Positions 37,251-40,560 of a stretch of 40,560 bases of DNA are shown piece after piece. Under the pieces are notes generated by a model. That model did no database searches and had not been told where the DNA came from. It was given only the letters and a program-made list of their open reading frames with translations. Position 1 is the first letter of the stretch; every line of letters starts with the position of its first letter. The stretch comes from Acidobacteriota bacterium (GTDB lineage: Bacteria; Acidobacteriota; UBA6911): contig DASQID010000195.1 in assembly GCA_035631775.1 (NCBI GenBank), forward strand, positions 1-40,560. Reading direction: 5' to 3'. The position numbers and the translations under genes are program-made.

Positions 37251-40085
37251 TTGCGCTGGAATCAGGTCGATCAGATATTCCGGCAGGCTCTAAGCCAGGC
37301 ACCGGAGGATCGGAAATCGTTTCTTGACCGGGCCTGTGCGAATGACGATTCTCTGCGGCAAGAAGTCGAACAACTCCTGAGCCAAGACACGTCAGCGAGA
37401 GGCTTCTTGGAAACCCCAGCCATGGATGCAGCTGCCAAACTCTTTGCAGAAGATGTTAAAGAGGTGCTGACTGTCAACCTTACGGGCCGGACGCTGTCGC
37501 ACTACCACCTCCTGAGAAAGGTCGGCGAAGGCGGCATGGGGGTTGTTTATCTTGCTCACGATGATCACCTTCAGCGCGACGTCGCGGTTAAAGTGCTCCC
37601 GCACGGACGACTGGACCATCAGTCGGCAAGAAAGCGTTTCCGCAAGGAGGCGCTCGCGCTTTCCAAGCTTAATCATCCCAACATCGAGACGGTCTACGAC
37701 TTCGATACCCAGGAAGGCATCGACTTCCTGGTCATGGAACATCTCAAGGGAGAGACACTCGGCCAAAAGCTCGTCCCGGGTCCGTTGCCTGCGGAGGAGG
37801 TCGCAAGGCTCGGGGAGCAGCTGGCCGAGGGACTGGAGGCAGCTCACGCACAGGGGGTCGTGCACTGCGATCTGAAGCCTGGGAACATCATGATCGTGGC
37901 AGGTGGACGCCTGAAGATTCTCGATTTCGGGCTGGCGCGTCTGCTCAGGCTCACAAGCGATACACCCTCTCTGAAAAGTCTGGAAGAAACCCAGGGGGGA
38001 GGGGGTACGGTCCCCTATATGTCTCCCGAGCAGCTGCGCGGCGGGGCCGTCGATGTGCGTTCGGATCTCTTCTCGACCGGGGCGGTGCTTTATGAAATGG
38101 CCACTGGACGCCGGGCGTTCGAGGGCAGCACACCGGCGATGGTAAGCGACGCCATCCTCCGCAGAGCCCCGGTCGCGCCGACCCGGCTGAACCCGGAGGT
38201 TTCAACTGCACTGCAGCGGATTATCCTGAAGGCGCTCGAAAAGAACCCACGCAAGCGTTACCAGTCGGCGAACGAGCTACTCAATGACCTCCGCCGGCAC
38301 AGCTCTCTATCCGCACCTCCCCAGTTGGAGGCGGGACGGCGGGAAGGATCTTGGATAGTAAAGTCTGTGGCCGCAGTACTCTTACTGGGTGCAATCTTGC
38401 TCTCGTTCGCCTGGCTCCGGGCGAGGCGGAGTGATCGAACCCTGCCTGATTACAGGCCGATTCGGGTGACCAGAACGGAGAGTTGGGATGGCGAACCCGC
38501 GGTTTCACCTGACGGAACCATGATCGCCTACACTTCAAACGCATCGGGAAACAGGGATATCTGGCTGACCGATCTGCGTGGGACAAGGGTGAAGCGGCTG
38601 ACGGATGACCCTGCGGACGATTCGTCTCCTGCCTGGTTCCCCGATCAAAGCGCGATCGCTTTCGTATCGGAGCGTGGCGGCAGCAAGAGCATATGGAGGG
38701 TTGATGTAACCGGGGGCGGTGCCAGACTTCTCGTGCCCGGCGGACAGTGCCCTGCTATCTCGCAGGATGGGAAGTACATTGCCTTTTCCAGGTCGTCGCC
38801 GGCGGAGCACCTTCGCATTGGGATTGCATCTCTCGAAAATCCCGGCAACGTGAGGCCGCTAACGGACGACAGGAGCGGTCTCTGGGATCACAGAGATCCC
38901 GCGTGGTCTCCCGATGGAAAGGAAATCTGCTATTCGAGCCGGCATGGCCTGTGGATTGTCCCGATATCTGGCGGACCCACACGGCGCCTCACGCTGGATG
39001 ATGAGCGGGATTTCGAACCGGCCTGGGGTTACCAGGGCCGATACATCTATTTTTCCTCCTATCGCGGCGGCACTCTGGCGATCTGGCGCGTGAATCCGCG
39101 TGGGGGCCAACCCGAGCGGGTCACCCCGGGAACGGGTCCCGAAAGTCATCCCTCACTCCCTTGGGACGGCAAACGCCTGGTTCACACAACCGGCACGGAG
39201 AACCAAGAGTGTGTCCTTCTGGATCGGAAGTCCGGCAAAGAATCGATCGTCGCCGCATCCGAGTCGGATTATATGACTTCGATAGCTAGAGACGGCACCA
39301 AGATAGTTTATGCTTCAATGCGAGGCGGCGCTGGGAGCCATAACCTCTGGCTCCAACCGCTAGATGGAGGATATGCCAGGGGTGCGGCCCAACAACTGAC
39401 TCACTTTACGGACATTGCCTCGCTGCCCACCCTTTCCCCGGACGGAAAATGGATTGCATTCTATAGAATCATCGTGGGGCAGCGCGACATCTGGACAGTA
39501 TCGAGCTTAGGCGGCGAGCCCATTCAATTCACCACTCACGAGGCGGCAGATATGCATCCGGCCTGGTCCCCCGACGGATCACAACTTGCGTTCGCATCGG
39601 AACGGGCGGGAGGTTGTGACATCTGGGCAGCTCCGGTGAAAGAAGGGAGACGATCAGGCCCCGAACGCCAGGTTACAACCGGCCCCTTTCTGGCATACAT
39701 GCCGGCCTGGTCTCCTGACGGCAGCAGTATCGCTTTCAGGGGTGTGGCTGGAGATCGCTATGAGGTCTGGACGATCGCCTCAAAAGGCGGCATGCCGGCC
39801 CGGAAATTAACCGATGGTGCCGATGTGGTGCAGGTCCGTTGGGATCCATTTTCGGGGGATATACTCGCAAGTGCCACTTGGGAATCGGATCGCGTGAAGT
39901 TATGGAGAGTATCGGCACAAACTGGATCGCCTCAGCCATTCTCACCCCTGGTTGATTTTGGCGCGAAAACTGCACATGTTGGCCTGTTTGACCTTTCGGG
40001 TGATGGACAATCGTTGATCTTTGCCCGGAGTAGGGGCGCAAAAAGTCAAATCTGGACTCTCGAAGCACAAAATGGCCTGTATTAG
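37251..40085 (+). CDS. Membrane Ser/Thr protein kinase with extracytoplasmic TolB-like PD40 beta-propeller repeats
   Basis: Kinase motifs GEGGMGVVYLA, VAVKVL, HCDLKPGNIM, DFGLA and YMSPEQ. TM segment WIVKSVAAVLLLGAILLSFAWL. There are many P(A/S)WSPDG repeat units. Confidence 0.9.
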   Translation: MRWNQVDQIFRQALSQAPEDRKSFLDRACANDDSLRQEVEQLLSQDTSARGFLETPAMDAAAKLFAEDVKEVLTVNLTGRTLSHYHLLRKVGEGGMGVVYLAHDDHLQRDVAVKVLPHGRLDHQSARKRFRKEALALSKLNHPNIETVYDFDTQEGIDFLVMEHLKGETLGQKLVPGPLPAEEVARLGEQLAEGLEAAHAQGVVHCDLKPGNIMIVAGGRLKILDFGLARLLRLTSDTPSLKSLEETQGGGGTVPYMSPEQLRGGAVDVRSDLFSTGAVLYEMATGRRAFEGSTPAMVSDAILRRAPVAPTRLNPEVSTALQRIILKALEKNPRKRYQSANELLNDLRRHSSLSAPPQLEAGRREGSWIVKSVAAVLLLGAILLSFAWLRARRSDRTLPDYRPIRVTRTESWDGEPAVSPDGTMIAYTSNASGNRDIWLTDLRGTRVKRLTDDPADDSSPAWFPDQSAIAFVSERGGSKSIWRVDVTGGGARLLVPGGQCPAISQDGKYIAFSRSSPAEHLRIGIASLENPGNVRPLTDDRSGLWDHRDPAWSPDGKEICYSSRHGLWIVPISGGPTRRLTLDDERDFEPAWGYQGRYIYFSSYRGGTLAIWRVNPRGGQPERVTPGTGPESHPSLPWDGKRLVHTTGTENQECVLLDRKSGKESIVAASESDYMTSIARDGTKIVYASMRGGAGSHNLWLQPLDGGYARGAAQQLTHFTDIASLPTLSPDGKWIAFYRIIVGQRDIWTVSSLGGEPIQFTTHEAADMHPAWSPDGSQLAFASERAGGCDIWAAPVKEGRRSGPERQVTTGPFLAYMPAWSPDGSSIAFRGVAGDRYEVWTIASKGGMPARKLTDGADVVQVRWDPFSGDILASATWESDRVKLWRVSAQTGSPQPFSPLVDFGAKTAHVGLFDLSGDGQSLIFARSRGAKSQIWTLEAQNGLY

Positions 40086-40111
40086 CCTTATCCTTCCTCC
40101 TGGAGATGCTT

Positions 40112-40369
40112 ATGCAATACAAGGACTTCCCGACAGACTCTCAGATTTTTGAGGCGATTGGAGATGTCAACAGAAGAATGAGAATTATAGCGGATGTACT
40201 CAGGCAGAGGATACCCCAACTCACTCAGCCGCAAGACCTCAATAAGAGGGATGCTCTGGTTACCATCCTGAATGCCATGGAGTGCTATTTGAGGATAACA
40301 GAAGCCCCTATCAAAGAGCTCGGTATTAGGGAGTTGAGGCCCAGTGAGCCCATCTGGGAGACTTGCTAG
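40112..40369 (+). CDS. Hypothetical small protein (85 aa) with atypical composition
   Basis: GGAG sits 6 nt upstream of ATG 40112. G+C is about 47% by hand count over 40101-40340, against about 60% nearby. All 9 Arg codons are AGA or AGG. Predicted helical; C-terminus ...ELRPSEPIWETC. Coding status is uncertain. Confidence 0.4.
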   Translation: MQYKDFPTDSQIFEAIGDVNRRMRIIADVLRQRIPQLTQPQDLNKRDALVTILNAMECYLRITEAPIKELGIRELRPSEPIWETC

Positions 40370-40440
40370 TTTCCAGATTGGATCCTCCTGTTGGGCCGGC
40401 ATCATGCAAAACAGGCGGAATCGCGGGTGAGACGGCAGCC

Positions 40441-40560
40441 TTGGATCGCATATTTCTGGTTGTAACGGACCAATGTAACCTGAGCTGTGCCTACTGCTTC
40501 CAGAACAGGCGAAAGCAGCTGAGGGTGCCGTCCGACGTGCTGCGAGCCGGCATCGACTAT
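40441..40560 (+). CDS. Partial CDS, 5' end only: radical SAM enzyme
   Basis: (L)DRIFLVVTDQCNLSCAYCFQNRRKQLRVPSDVLRAGIDY contains the CX3CX2C 4Fe-4S/SAM motif about 11 residues from the start. The frame is open from 40348. TTG 40441 is the best-placed start; there is no in-frame ATG or GTG. Confidence 0.65.
   Translation, partial: MDRIFLVVTDQCNLSCAYCFQNRRKQLRVPSDVLRAGIDY

Noticed and set aside
40088-40405. 105-aa ORF on the minus strand overlapping the small plus-strand ORF
   Set aside because: It has no ribosome-binding site that I can see and would be convergent with the kinase gene and divergent from nothing. The plus-strand ORF has a well-spaced GGAG and is co-oriented with its neighbours. 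Neither frame is proven.

Overview
This is a high-GC window (about 60% on hand-counted lines) that reads as ordinary chromosome, not a mobile island. I saw no integrase, transposase, phage gene, tRNA, rRNA or CRISPR array. The protein families and the intergenic repeats suggest Acidobacteriota, but that is inference only. All calls come from motifs recognised by eye in the ORF track; no database search was run.

Gene content, left to right:
- An ECF sigma factor with the first 12 codons of a translationally coupled anti-sigma factor, on the minus strand.
- A six-gene chemosensory operon in the exact wspABCDEF order: MCP, CheW, CheR-TPR, CheW, CheA-CheY hybrid, CheB. It has no output regulator.
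- Two secreted proteins: a ConA/LamG-like protein and an alpha/beta hydrolase with TPR repeats.
- A 967-aa cytoplasmic protein with an unrecognisable N-terminal region of about 685 aa fused to an intact M28 peptidase domain. It lies downstream of recQ.
- An MBL-fold protein with two rhodanese domains.
- A large secreted M14 peptidase.
- A PuuP-like APC permease separated by 4 nt from an AcvB/VirJ-family hydrolase.
- A divergent MtlD-like dehydrogenase and Zn-dependent alcohol dehydrogenase pair.
- A complete recC-recB-recD operon.
- A small exported HNH protein.
- A Ser/Thr kinase with a TolB-like PD40 propeller.
- At the window edge, a low-GC small ORF followed by the first 40 codons of a radical SAM enzyme.

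The intergenic DNA is unusually structured. It holds a MITE-like element of about 280 bp in two copies, one of them inside the chemosensory operon. It also holds a modular hairpin repeat family (one copy fills the recC-recB spacer), a shared 30-nt hairpin, three loci of 7-nt-periodic repeats, and a 28-bp inverted repeat abutting the recC start.

The best candidates for something undescribed are the 967-aa M28 fusion, the truncated small-ORF/radical-SAM locus, the permease/AcvB pair and the repeat families. None can be established from sequence alone.
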